From assembly GCF_009914755.1 (NCBI RefSeq), contig NC_060937.1: a stretch of 64,000 bases of DNA. One strand, given 5' to 3'. Under the pieces are notes generated by a model. That model ran no database searches. It was not told where the DNA came from and saw only the letters and a program-made list of their open reading frames with translations. Below, piece by piece: positions 39,001 through 52,900 of the stretch. Position 1 is the first letter of the stretch, and every line of letters starts with the position of its first letter. The position numbers and the translations under genes are program-made. The DNA is from the human T2T-CHM13v2.0 reference genome, Homo sapiens.

Positions 39001-40250
39001 TTATTCATATTTTTGCTTATTTTTCACTTAAGATATTTATGTATTTATTTTTGCTATCGAATAATGTGAATTCTTTATATATTTGGAAATTAACCCTTTA
39101 TCAGATATATGATTTGCAAATATTTTCTACCATTCTGTAGCTTGCCTTTTCATTTTGTTGATTGTTTTCTTTGTTTACAGAAACTTTTTAGTTTGACGCA
39201 GTACTACTCATTTGTTTTCACTTTTGTTTCCTATATTTTTGATATTATACTGAAAACGTCATATTATACTGAAAACTAATATCAAGGATTTTTTTCTGTT
39301 TTCTTTAGGTTCAGGTCTTACATTTAAGTCTTTAATCCATTTCCACCTAGTTTTTAGTATAGTATAAGGCAAGTGTCCAATTTCATCCTTTTGCATGTGG
39401 TTATCTAGTTTTCCCAACACCTTTTACTCAAGGGACTATTATTGCCACATTGTATATTGGTGCCCTTGTCAAAGATCAGTTGACTGTATATACCTGGGTT
39501 TATTTCTGAACTCACTGTCAGGTTATATTGTTCTGTATGTCTATTTTTATGCCAGGAACATACTGTTTTGATTACTGTAGTGCTGTTATGTGATTTGTTA
39601 TCAGGGAGTATAATATCTCTACCATTGTTCTTCTGGCTCAAAATTTTTTTGGTTATGCCAGTTTTCTGTTTCTAAGAGAATTTTATGATTTTTTTCTACT
39701 TGTGTAAAATATGCCATTGGATTTTTTATTGGGTCTACATTGAACCTGTAGTTAACTTCGTGTAGTATGAACATTTAAACAATATTAATAGTCCCAATTG
39801 ATAATTTTTTTAAAGTATCTTTTTATGTATTTGTGTCATCTTCAATTTCTTTTATCAATATCTTGTAGTTTTTACTGTACAGATTTTTCAACACCTTCAT
39901 TGAATTTATCCCTAAGTATTTTTTAATGCTATTGTAAATGAAATTTTTAACTTTTTTCAGATTGTTTGTTGTTAGTGTATGGAAATGTAACTGATTTTGT
40001 ATGTTGATTTTGTATCCGGCAACTTTACTGAATTCATGTATTGGTTTTAAGATTTTTTTTTGGTTGAGTTGTTAGGGTTTCTTTATATAAGATTGTGTCA
40101 TCTGCAGACAGAAACAAGGTAACTTCTTCTCTTCTGATTGGGATGCCTTTATTACATTTCCTTGCCTAATTGCTCTGGCTAGAATTTCCACTATTGTGTT
40201 AAATAGAAGTGGTGAGAGTAGGCACCTTGTCTTGTTCCAGTTCTTAGAGA
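39001..40250 (-). mobile_element. Inverted 5' segment of an L1MA/MB element (ORF2)
   Basis: Antisense ORF2 remnants ([19 protein letters not shown]; WHKNRHTEQ..N; YSQLIFDKG). Confidence 0.88.
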
Positions 40251-40254
40251 AAAA

Positions 40255-40932
40255 AATAGACATTTTTCCAAAGAGGAAATCCAAATGGCCAACAGAAATA
40301 TAAGGTGCTCAACATAACTATCACCAGGGAAAAGCAAATAAAAACCACAATGAGATATCACCTCATCTCTCTTTGACTATTATCAAAAAGAGAAAAACAA
40401 GTGTTGGCAAAAATGTACAAAAAAGGGAGCTCTGAAACTGTTGGTGAGAATGTAAATTGGCACAGCCATTATGGAAAAGCACTACGGAGATTCCTCAAAA
40501 AAATTAAATATAGAACTACCAAATGATCCAGTAGTCCAACTACTGGGTATATATCCAGAGGAAATAAGATCACTATTTTGAAAAAAAAATTGCATTCCCA
40601 TGTTCATTGTGGCATTATTCACAAAAGTCAATATATGAAAACAACATAAATGTACATCTAGATGAATAGATAAAGAAAATGAAATATTTCTGTCATAAAA
40701 AAGAGGGAAATACTGCCATTTGTGACATTAATCAACCTGGAGGACTTTACACTGAGTAAAATAAGTCAGTTAACAGAAGGACACATACCATATGGTTTCA
40801 CTCTAAGTGAAATCTAAAAAATATTAAAGACTTAGAAGCAAAGAGTAGAAGAATAGTTGCCAGGAGCTGAAGGTGTCAGGGTGCAGTAAGGGAAATGGGG
40901 AGATATTGGTCAAAGGGTACAAACTTTTAATA
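40255..40932 (+). mobile_element. Sense 3' segment of the same L1MA/MB element
   Basis: aatagacatttttccaaagagg...aatgagatatcacctc...gggaaatggggagatattggtcaaagggtacaaacttt. Confidence 0.88.
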
Positions 40933-43271
40933 ATAAAGAATGTGAGCAAAACTAAACTAGAGGACATTGAAGAAGAAATAGATAAATTGTACATTTCACT
41001 TGGTAAAGAGTTTTGGAAGTGAAGTATATAGATCTTGAACAGGAATCATAATCTAATTATAATCCACTCTCAGATTTTCACGAAGTAGATGTTAAAATAA
41101 AATAATTGGCAACACATATATACCATTTAATACATGAAAAAGAGAGATTAAAATCCAGGATGTATATATGTGTATTTACTGGTCTTAAGGAGAAATATTA
41201 GGATTTTCTCTCACTTAAGCTATCAAACTAAGATAACCAATAATGCCTACACAGAGTGTTTTCCCTCTCTTCTATCTCATCATTCCTAGCCACTTAAGGT
41301 TTAATTAAATTAATTTCATAGCAAGTTAGCCTGTTTTTCCTTTATTTTTAGTTTCTTGTATTGTTTCCATGTGTTATATTTTAAATTTTTTGAATCTATT
41401 GAAAATTCTAAATATTATTTTCTTTCTCTCACTGGCTAAATTTAATTCTTTATAAATTTTGCTATATTCCTCACTATCTAAACCTTTTCTCATTAAGAAT
41501 GCTTAACATTTCTTTTTCTCCTCTGTAATTAATATTTTTGCATCAATTAATTAATTAATTGATTATTTCTTTTTAAACTCTTTGCCAAGCTTTGCAATCA
41601 ACAAATAAGTCAAGACCTTCACCTTCATTTCACTTAGATTCTAGTATGAAAAGGGAAGCTATTTACTTGTATTCAAATAAATAAAATGATACATTATTAT
41701 ATCTAAGGAGAGGAATAAATAATGAAATGTGATAAAGTAAACAGGATGGCCAAATTTGGATAATGTTTTTCTTAAATTTATTTATGAAAATGTGTTAAAA
41801 TTAATTTTCAGCATATTGGATACTGCTGACATATTCTATTACTAACTCTTTGTTCTAAGTATGTCATAAATCAGTGTTTGATAAATACACTTTATTGCTA
41901 CTTTTATTACATTTAATTTAGTTCCACCTGGTATCTGCATAATTTGAACAATAGGCAAAAATACTAAAATAAATGTTAACACCCACGATAACTGCGTTTA
42001 GTCTGAGGGATTTGGACCCCAAGTTTTCTGCTAAAGGACGAATTACTTCAGCACTTCTTCTATTATCAATGAGAAATTCCTGAATACAGGAAAGATGGCT
42101 GGCTCTGCACCAGTGGGCTCATCCCACTGGGTGTTTGCTGTCAGTCCAGGTTCCTTGGTGTGTGTCCCAGCTAAGATGTGCTGAACTGGCTAAAATGATA
42201 TTTGGCAGCAATGCATTCTAAAGCTTGTTTTGGAGAGAATAAAGCTTACAGGGCTATTTGATTTCTTGTGCCCAGTAAGAAATAGCAGTAGCATGTCTTC
42301 AGATTTAACCAAAGGTGGGTACTGCAGCCCTCTGTCAGCTAATGATTGAATTACACAAAATCCCTCCACAATTTACATCAAATCAGTTGTGCCTATTAAT
42401 AAATAATAATCAATATAAGTAGGGAATAGAAAATAGTGTGTAATGTTGGGAAATTGACTTAAAGCTGTTTATTCATTTGAATGTGGCTAACATTATCTTC
42501 ATCACAGTACTTTTTTGAAGATTAAGTGCTATAACATATATGAAATCACAAACCATGCGACTTCTCAAGAGGCAGGTGTTTTGTTCATTTACTTCAGTTG
42601 TCTTTTTTTCTGGGTCTTTTTTAAAACAATTGCATGACTTTGTGTGAAGGATTTGAACTTTCTGAGTCTCTATTTTCCCATTTAAAATAAAACGATGAAT
42701 TGAATGATCTTTTGTCCTTCTGCCTTATAATTCCTCGTCTTTGATTTAAATACATATATACATATAGCTTCTAAAAGAATTGACTTCTAATTAAGGGAAC
42801 TGATTTACAAAGTAGTCAACACTCCTTTCCTTTAACTGTGTCAATAGAAGATGACCTCTGTAATAGAGTTCCATTGACACAAAAGCTTCCAAGCTGATAG
42901 AAAGCAGATGTGTTGTATTTGAAATCTACAGTTATTTCTTCTTTAAAAGGTAGCCAACTTCTTTAAAATTAAGGATTTTAAAGTTAAAAAAATTCTGATA
43001 TCTCCTCAAAATAGCTGCACATTCTATCAAGTTGAATGGCAGCATTCAGCTGGAGTAGGAGTCATTTGCCTCTTTGGAAGATGTATTACCCTTTTTCAGA
43101 GACCTCTTTTGTTCCTTTTTTGTCTTCCAATCTCACTCCTCAATGACCTCCCGAACCTCATAGTCACTTGAATTTTTTTGCCCCCAGCCTAGAGGTTTGG
43201 GGAGAAGAGCTGAAAATCCTTTGACACCGCATTTTCACTCTTTATATGTATTTTTTAAATACAGTTTGTCG

Positions 43272-43396
43272 AGGGAGGCTGAGGCAGGAGAATCGCTTGA
43301 ACCTGGGAGGTAGAGGTTGCAGTGAGCCCAGATCACGCCTTTGGGCGATAGGGCGAGACGCTGTCCCAAAAAATACAAATAAAAATAAATAAAATA
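43272..43396 (+). mobile_element. 5'-truncated Alu (partial right monomer)
   Basis: gggaggctgaggcaggagaatcgcttgaacc... TSD aaatacagtttgtc / aaatacagattgtt. Confidence 0.9.
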
Positions 43397-43875
43397 AAAT
43401 ACAGATTGTTGAAAAAAAAAATTGAAGGCTTAATTATTTCAAAAAGTAATTGTTTTTCCAAAGAAAGAAAGAAAGAACAATGAAAAATGTGTTATCTTTA
43501 ACGTAGTCATATTAAAATATTTTCACAAATTTTACTCGGGACATGGAATGCCAGCTGAGAGAATACTGACATCTGATAACTAAACAATCTCATTGAGGTT
43601 TAAATATTTTGGGAAATGTTTTTTAAAGCACTGAACTTGAACTTGCAATCATACATTTTTGAAGTGAAAGAAAACATTGTACATAACATATAGCTTTCAA
43701 ATTTCCACATATCCGTAAATGTAGCTCCTTTCTGAAATTTTAGAAATAATACTATATTCTTCCATTCTTCCACACTTATGAAACTTTCTATATACAGGAA
43801 TTTCAATTTCCAGAAATTTTCTTTTGAATCTCATTAACAAGTCAATGGTTAGTTCTTCACCATGGAAAAGGTGCA

Positions 43876-44114
<239 letters not shown>

Positions 44115-45179
44115 AGATGACTCTATTGAGATGAGGTATGCAAATACTGTATTCCTATGAGTTATTTCTTCTGGATGAAGGAATTTTCACCTATTGAGAG
44201 TAAAATCCAGTGGGATATGTTTAAATGACCCCCCAAAAAATTAAGAGAACAAAAATAACATGTAGTCAGTGCTAGTTGGCCCTGTATATAAGTGGGAGTA
44301 TGTAAAAGAATATTATCCAGTTTCTTTTAAAATAAACCAATTTTTCAAATTCATCAAATACTATTTCATATTCACTGTTTCATTTCATTAAACTTCATTT
44401 CCATATTTATTTAGGAAATTATTCAAGAACTATAGTTACTGAGGAAGTAGTCAGGTATTTAGCAATCACAAGGAAGCTTTGCTGATTCATCTCCATATTA
44501 TAACACTGTGGGATTTTCATACTCAACTAATTGCACTGCATATTTGATGATTCAACCACCAATTCCACTGATACAGCTGCACACTTTGATGTTACAATTG
44601 CTGAGTTTTAAACTATGCTACAGGTTGTGAAGCTTGATTTTCTGATTAGGTTGCCAGGTTTAATAATTGAGCGCTAAATGTAGCACAATTTATTAATCAG
44701 GTCCTAGTCATTATTAGCAAAAGTTGAATTTTTTTAACTCTGGAGTTTTCTTGTTTCCTGATTTTATTTATTCATCTTTTAAGTTTAATTAATACAAATT
44801 TTACAGAAAGATTTAGTGCCAAAATCATGATATGCCTTATATTAAGTATTTTATACAATGCATTTATTATTATAAAATAATCAACAGAAATTTAGTTAAA
44901 TATTTCTTTGTAATATTTTACAATCTCTTATTTTCCTACCCTCAAAGTACATTTCTATATTTTCAATATATCGTATAATGTAGCTATGGAAATATAATAT
45001 AAAATTTATATACATATCAGTGTGTATGTGTATGAGAATATATTTGGAAATATACACTTATTTATGATATGGGGCTAATTTATAGTAAAGGTTTCTTAGA
45101 AAGTAAAATAAATAAATCTGATCGATTCAATATTACACTGTTTATTATTCATAAAATGTTTTTCTCACAGTTGCTGGGG

Positions 45180-45605
45180 TTAAAAATTTTCGGTTATGCA
45201 AGTTGAAATAGTTCAAGAGGTCTGCTGTATAACATTGTGCTTATAGTTAACAATACTGTTCTAAAAACTTAAAAATTTATTAAGGGGATAAATTTCATGT
45301 GACATGTTTTTTACTACAATAAAAATGACAATAATGGTAAACATATTTGTATAAAATTAAAAGATAGGTATAACTCAACTATAGATGGAATAATCAGCAC
45401 AGTTAGGAAATTTCAGTATAGTCAAGAAGTCAGGATACTTGTTACTTTTGAAAGGAGGATTGGGAAAGGCACAAGGGATTATCTGGGGTACTCAAAATGA
45501 GAGATTTGCTGACCTTAGTAGTTGATGGCTTTTTAAAAAAATTCATTGCACTTCATGTTTTGTGTACTTTGCTGTGTGTATCATATATTTCAATATAATA
45601 GCTAA
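45180..45605 (+). mobile_element. L1MB and L1ME 3'-end fragments
   Basis: aggtctgctgtataacattgtgcttatagttaacaatactg...; ttttgtgtactttgctgtgtgtatcatatatttcaat. Confidence 0.65.
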
Positions 45606-45669
45606 ACTACTATTTTTAAATAATAAATATCACCTAATTATAGTTATATTACAGTGGAAATAATAACAT

Positions 45670-46570
45670 TCTTACTCACTGAAGTAGTAATTTTGGGCAT
45701 TTACTATATAATGAAGACACTCAGATCAGCAAGGGATATAGAAAAAAAAAAAAACAACAGTCAAGTGAAAGCTGTATAAATCCTCTGCTGGGGCTGTGCA
45801 CACAGTGCTTCAGGAACAGAGATGTAAAGCATGTTGGAAATTGATCAGGGAAGATTTTTCAGAGTAAGGAGACATAAAGAGAAAGAATGATTGGCATTTA
45901 CAAGACATAAGGGGAAAAGGACACTCCAAATAAAGGAAACAACATGTGAAAAGGCAACGATACGAAGGTTCATGGATATCTGGGAACATCATTGCTGCAG
46001 GCAAATGGTTGTTTCCATATTCTAAGATTACGTATTGACTTTTAGAGAGCATGTGAAGTTCTAGTCCTCATCATTAATTAATACTCCCTACTAAAACCAT
46101 GTCTTTATATTATGACATAACTCAATTGACTAATAAAGATTTAAGATATCTTTAAATAGTGGTGTGCTTTATTATTTTTAAAGAGCCTGTTTCTTCTATT
46201 TTCTGACCCTTACATAAATTAAGTGAAGATGAAGGGTAAGTATTATCCTAAGTTCAAAATTGGATGCTGATGTAGTGATTTGTTCAGCAACACAAACTGA
46301 GTAAGTGATAAAGATGAACCCTTAAATAAGATTATTTTAGTCTAGGAACTGATATAGTATAAACTGTAGAGGATTTGAATTAGGAAGTTTCCATATTAGA
46401 GTCCAAACTCTACCAATTAGGTGGTGGATAATGTTTTGGGATTTTATTTAAACTTCTCTGAGTTTTGTCTCCTAATCTATGAAATAATATTAGCTGGTGA
46501 GAGAATTTAAAAGAAAAACATATTTTTAGTCACTTGGCACATATTAGATAACCAATAATATTAATATTTC
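45670..46570. mobile_element. L2 relic followed by two MIR relics
   Basis: aacaacatgtgaaaaggc (L2); tttgaattagga...aacttctctgagttttgtctcctaatctatgaaa...cacttggcacatattag (MIR). Confidence 0.55.
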
Positions 46571-46979
46571 TATCATTCTAAGTCGCATGTTTATAGAAAT
46601 TATGTAAACAGAACCATCAATTAAATTACACCCTACAGAAGATATGCATTAGTGGACCTATATTTCCATTACCACAATAACAGAAGGTGTATTGCAAATG
46701 AGGTTTTTTTTAATGTTTTTCTTTTTATCTTAAAGCAATGAGGCACCCAATCACAAAATTGATACACCAGACTACCAAAATAAAGTTTTATTTTATTTAT
46801 TTATTTATTCAATAAGGCAACTCTCCAGAGAAATAAACCTTTATTGTTGCTATCCATGGAGATTTTGGGATTATTAGTTACACAGCATACCTTACAAAAG
46901 ATGATTATAGAGTTGTATTTTTACTGGTGTATGGTATTATATTTCTTTTTTCCTGTTTTCTTGCCATACAAAATATATA

Positions 46980-49900
46980 TTTTTTATTTCAATAGCTTTA
47001 GGGGTACAATTGGTTACCCAATAGGTAGTGTTTCCTGTCTAACCCCCTTTCACCTCCCTGCTTCTGAGCCTCCAATGTCCATTATATCACTCTGTATGCC
47101 TTTGGGGACCCAGAGCTTAGCATCCACTTTAAGTGAGAATTTGCAGTATTTGATTTTCGATTCCTGAGTTACTTTACTTAGAATAATGCCCTCCAGTTTC
47201 ATCCAAGTTGCTGCAAAAGGCATTATTTATTTATTTTTATGGCTGGGTAGTATTCCATGGTATATGTACCACATTTTATTATCCACTGATCAGTTGATGA
47301 GCACTTAGGTTGATTCCACATCTTTGCAATTGTGAATTATGCTGCAATGAACATATGCATGCAGGTGTCTTTTTAATATAGTGACTTCTTTTCCTTTGGT
47401 TAGATACCCAGTAGAGATTGCTGGATCAAATGGTAGATTTACTGTTAGTTCTTTGAGAAATCTCCATTCTATTTTCCATAGGGGTTGTACTAATTTACAT
47501 ACCTGCCAATAATGTATAAGCATTCCTTTTTCACCACATCCATGACAACATCTATCGTCTTTAGACATTTTCATAATGGTCATTCTGCCTGGAGTAAATG
47601 GCATCTCATTTTGGTTTTAATTTGCATTTCTCTGATGATTAATGATGTTTAGCATTTTTTCATATGTTTATCGGCCATTTGTGTATCTTCTTTTGAGGAG
47701 TGCCTATTTATGTCTTTTTGCCACTCTTTAATGAAATTATTTGTTTTCTTCCTGCTGATTTGTTCAAGTTCCTTGTAGATTCTGGATATTAGTCCTTTGT
47801 TGGATGTATGATTTAAAAATATTAATTTTTCTCTCATTTTGTAGATTGTATGTTTAATGATAATTTCTTGTGTTGTGCAGAAGCTTTTTAGTTTAATTAT
47901 GTCCCATTTTTATATTTTTGTTTTTGTTGCATTTCGTTTTGGGATCTTATTCATTAATTATTTGCCTCGGCCAATGTCCAAAAGGGATTTTCCTAGATTT
48001 TCTTCTAGAATTTTTATGATTTTAAGTTTTAGATTTAAGTCTTTAATCCACCTTGAGTTAATTTTTGTACATGATGAGAGACAGTTATCCAATTTCATTC
48101 TTTTATGTGGCTATCCAATTTTCCCAGTGCCACTCACTGAATTGAGTACCCTTTTCCCAATTTACATTTTTGCATGCTTTATTGAAGAACAGTTGTTTGT
48201 AAGGATTTGTCTTTACTTGTGGGTTCTCTATTCTGTTCAGCTGGTTGATGTGTATACTTTTATACCAGTACCATGCTGCTTTGGTTTCTATATCATTGCA
48301 GTATAGTTTGAAGTTGGGTAATGTTATGACTCTAGATGTGTTATTTTTGATTAGGATTGTTTTGGCTACTTAGGTCCTTTTTGGTAGCATATTAATTTTA
48401 GCATTTTTCTAATTCTGTGAAAAAATAATGTTGATATTTTGATAGGAATTGCATGGAATCTATAGATTCCTTTTGGTATCTACAGTATATAAAGTATAGT
48501 AATTTTCATATTGATTCTTCCAGTCCATGAACATGAAATGTATTTCCATTTGTTTGTGTCTGTGATTTCTTTCAGCAGTGTTTTTTAGTTCTCTTGTAGA
48601 GATTTTTCTATCCTTAGATAAGTATATTTCTATGTATTTTAGGTTTTTTTTTCAGCTGTCATAAAAGGGATTGAGTTTTTGATGTGATCCTTAGCTTGGT
48701 CATTGTTGGTGTGTGAAGTGCTACTGATTTGTTTACATTGATTTTATAAACTGAGATCTTACTGAATTCATGTATCAGAATTAGGAGTCTTTTAGAGAAG
48801 TCTTTAGTGTTTTCTAGGTATAAGATCACATCATGCAAACAGAGATAGTTTGACTTCCTCTTTTCCAAGAGGAAGTCCATGCTTTTGGATATCCTTTATT
48901 TCTTTATCTTGCCTGATTGCTCTGGCTAAGATTTCCAGTACTATGTTGAAGAAAAGTGGTAAAAATGGGCATCCTTATCTTGTTCCAGTGGTTAGGGGAA
49001 ATGCTTTCAACTTTTCTCTGTTTGGTATGATGTTGTCAGTGGATTTATCATATATGACTTTTCTTACTTTTAGGTGTGTTTCCTTTATGCCTAGTTTCTT
49101 GAGGGTTTTTATTATAAAGAGATGCTAGATTTTATTAAATGTTTTTTATGCATCGATTGAGATGATCATATGGTTTTCTCTTTAATTCTGTTTATGCACT
49201 AAATCATATTTATTAATTTGAATATATTGAACCATCCCTACATCTGTGTAGTTGCTTTAAAGCCTATTCTATTTTATCTGATATAGGAATAGCTACTCCT
49301 CCTTGGTTTCCATTTTTGTGAAATATTTTTTCCACTCCTTTACCTTGAGTCTGTGAGATTCCTTACGTGTTCCATGTGTCTCCTGAATACAGAGCTTTTT
49401 GATTTTTTATCCATCCTGCCAATCCTCTATCTTTTAAGTGGAGCATTTAGATCATTTACATTCAATGGTAATATTGGGTGTTGAGGCACTATAGCAGTTA
49501 TCATGTTGATTGTTACCTAAGGACTTTGTTTTCTTCACTATGTTATTGCTTTATAACCTTTTGAATTTTCTGCTTTCAGTAGTTTGTATTCTGGTCAGTT
49601 TCGACCTTTTGTTTCAAGATTTAGAGTGCCTTTTAGCATTTGTTGTAGGGCTGACCTAGTATTGACAAATTTCCTCAGAATTTGCTTGTCTGAGAAATAA
49701 TTTATTTCTCCATTTCTGAAACTTATTTTTGTTGAATATAAAATCCTTGGCTGACAGTTATTCTATTTGAGGAGACTAAAAATAGAACCCCAATTCCTTC
49801 TGGCTTTTAAGGTTTCTGCTGTGAAGCCTGCAGTTAGTCTGATAGGTTTTCCTTTGTAAGGTTACCTGATGTTTTTGTCTCACTGCTCTTAGAATTCTTT

Positions 49901-52900
49901 CCTTCACATTGATTTTAGATAGCCTAATGACTGGATTCATTAGTGATGTCCTTTTTACAATGAGTATCCCAAGAGTTCTTGTATCTCCGTTGAGCTTCTT
50001 GTATTTGAATGTCTAAATCACTAGCAAGTCCAGGGAAGTTTTCCTCAATTATTTTCTGAAGTAGGTTTTCCAAAGTTTTTGCTTTTTCTTTTCCCTCAGG
50101 AACATCTACAATTCTTAACTTTGTCCATTTGATATTATTCCATATTTATTGAAGACTATTTCTTTTGATTCTTTTTTGTTTGTTTGTTTGATTGGTTTAC
50201 ATTTGAAAGCCTTATCTCCGAGCTCTGATTTTTTTTTAGCTTGGTCTAATCTATTGTTAAAATTCTCCATTGCATTTTGCAGTTTCATAAATGTCTCTTT
50301 TATTTCCAGACAGTCTGATTGGTTTTTCTTTAAAATATCTATCTCTTTATAAAATTTTGCATTTATATCCTGAATTGCTTTTGTGTAAATTTCTTTATGT
50401 TGGTCTTCACTATTCTCTTGTATCTCCTTGAGTAACTTAATAATCAACCTTTTAAATTCCTTATCTGTTATTTCAAGGATATCACCTCAGTTTGAATCCA
50501 CTACTAGAGAGTTACTGTGATCTTTAGGAGGTGTTATAGAACCCTGCTTCTTCACATTGACAGAATTATTTTTCTGGCTCCTTCTCATTTGGGCAGGCTG
50601 ATTCTTCTAAGTATTTTTAAATTTATTTTTTATTCAACTGGTTTTTTAGAAAAAAATATTTATCCTCCCTGCAGATGTGACTTTAATGCTTATAGTTTAT
50701 TTTCATCTAGTTTCAGCTCTGGGTGCTTTCAGTGGTGAAGAGTCAGAATCAGTTCCATGATTATAGAGTTTGTGTGATGGCTTTCTCAAATGCTGGTTGT
50801 AGAAGTGATGTGCTGGGTGTATCATCAGGTTCACTATCTTCTGTGGGGCTGAAATGGCAGTAGTCTCATCAAGCTTATCTTACTCCCCAGTGGTGTGCAC
50901 TTTCAAAAACTTTCTTCCCTAGTCTTTTATTCACTGGGTTGAACAGTTCAGGCTTCAGGTATATAGGAGGTGCCTACCAGTAAAAATCAGTTGAAGCTAC
51001 TGATTTTTTAGCAAGGAAGGGAGATAACCAACACAGCTCTCATTTCAGGCCAGCATGAAAATTATCCACCTCTTATTCACAGTCCTGACCTGCTATTTCA
51101 GCTGTTCAGATCAGACAGCAACCTCTTTTCATCTGCAGGAATGCTGATGTTCCATGTAGAGAGGAATTATGACTATGCCTCTCGTGCAAGTCTGAGCCTG
51201 GAGGACACTCATCCTGTGGTATGCCGTCGCCCCAAAGTGATCCAGAAAAGCTGTCTGCAGACGCGCTCCTGCCAAACTCCTGTGGAAGAAGCCCCAGCTA
51301 TGTTTTCAGTGGTGGGTCTGGGGAGAAGAAGTATCCTTTGGCAAAATCCTTCAAAAGTACCAGAGAGCCCTGGCTGTTGGGGTACACTTGCAGACTTTCC
51401 CCACTGAGCCACTTTACCTGTGCCTCTGCTGAAAGAAACTTCTCACAAGTGGAAAGTTGAGGGGCTGAAGGCCTGCAGTCTGATTTCTTTTGTTCTACAG
51501 GATACTCCCTTAATGTGATCAAAACTGCTTTTGCAAAGATTATAACCGAGGAAATTACGACAGTGAAAGAGATCAGACCTAACTGACTCCATCTTGCTTC
51601 TAATCTTGTTCAATATCCTTGTTAATTCCTGGGCATAGGTCGAAAAACCTTGTGAAGGAATTCAGTTTATGGTTTGACTCTGAAACAAAGCTGCTAACAG
51701 CCCTTTCTCGAAAAGACCTCCTTCTCACCCGGGAACTAGTCTGCCTTTGTAGGACTAACAAATTAGCTACAAGGTTAGAAATTACTGTTTAGGGGTCATG
51801 CAGCCTCTGGCTCCAAGAGTCTGAACCTCCCCACATTGCTCCTAGGAATAACGCCACTACTGTAAAACCTAAGATCAGGTTTTATTTTAAAATATCAGGT
51901 GATATTTTGCAGACCCTGCATTGGGTGGATCAACTGACACCACCCAGACCTGTAATCTGGCCCAACCAGTTCTGCGATCCTACTCAGGAACAGAAGATAG
52001 CAAGAAAACCTCATCTTGACCCCCTATGATTTCATTTCCAACCTGACCAATCAGCACTCCCCACTTGCCCAGCTCCTACCCACCAAATTGTCTTTAAAAA
52101 CTCCCTATCCTGGAATGCTCAGAGGGACTGATTTGAGTAATAATAAAACTCTGGTCTCCCACACAGAATTACTGCATGAATTACTCTTTCTCCATTGCAA
52201 TTCCCCTGTCTTGATAAATCGGCTCTGTCTAGGCAGCGGGCAAGGTGAACCCATTGTGCGGTTACATGGTGCCCTCCCATATGCCCTAGAAGTAGCCATT
52301 CCTGAGGGTCAGACTACTATGAATCCTGATGCTCCTCTATGTCTAACTGCCCAGCGGGGAAACCACATTCCAGGCTGGTGCTGGGGAATGTCTGCTAAGT
52401 ATCCAATGATGTGGCCTGTTCTCTAGTCTCCCTGCAGTGGGTAACAGCACCAGCTCTGATGGGGGTGGGAGGGGGCTTACATAGACTCTGAGATTCCCTT
52501 AGTTATATATAGCCTTATTGTGTTGGTATTCTCAAAGGCCAAATTTAGTATTAATGTACTGGGCGTGTGAACAGACTCAAGACCTCCTGGTCAGCCAGGG
52601 TGATGCAAGAAATGGTGGTAACCGAGGCCATGCAAAAGTTTTCTCTTTCCTGAATGCTGTTATTCTGTCTGCAGATGCTGTAATGGACTGTGTTGGTTGG
52701 CCTCCAGCCAGGGGGTGGTGCTTGCAAAATAGTACCAGCTGCAGTGGTAGCAGTGGGGTTTGCGCTTGCCTTATGTTTCCCAGAGAATGTACTCTGGTGT
52801 CTCGGGCAAGGGGCGGGACCATGGAGCTCTAAAACATCCCTGTCTATTGTGTTGTACAACCAGAGCAGATGAAGGGGTAAAGCCAGAGCAGGTGGAGGCT

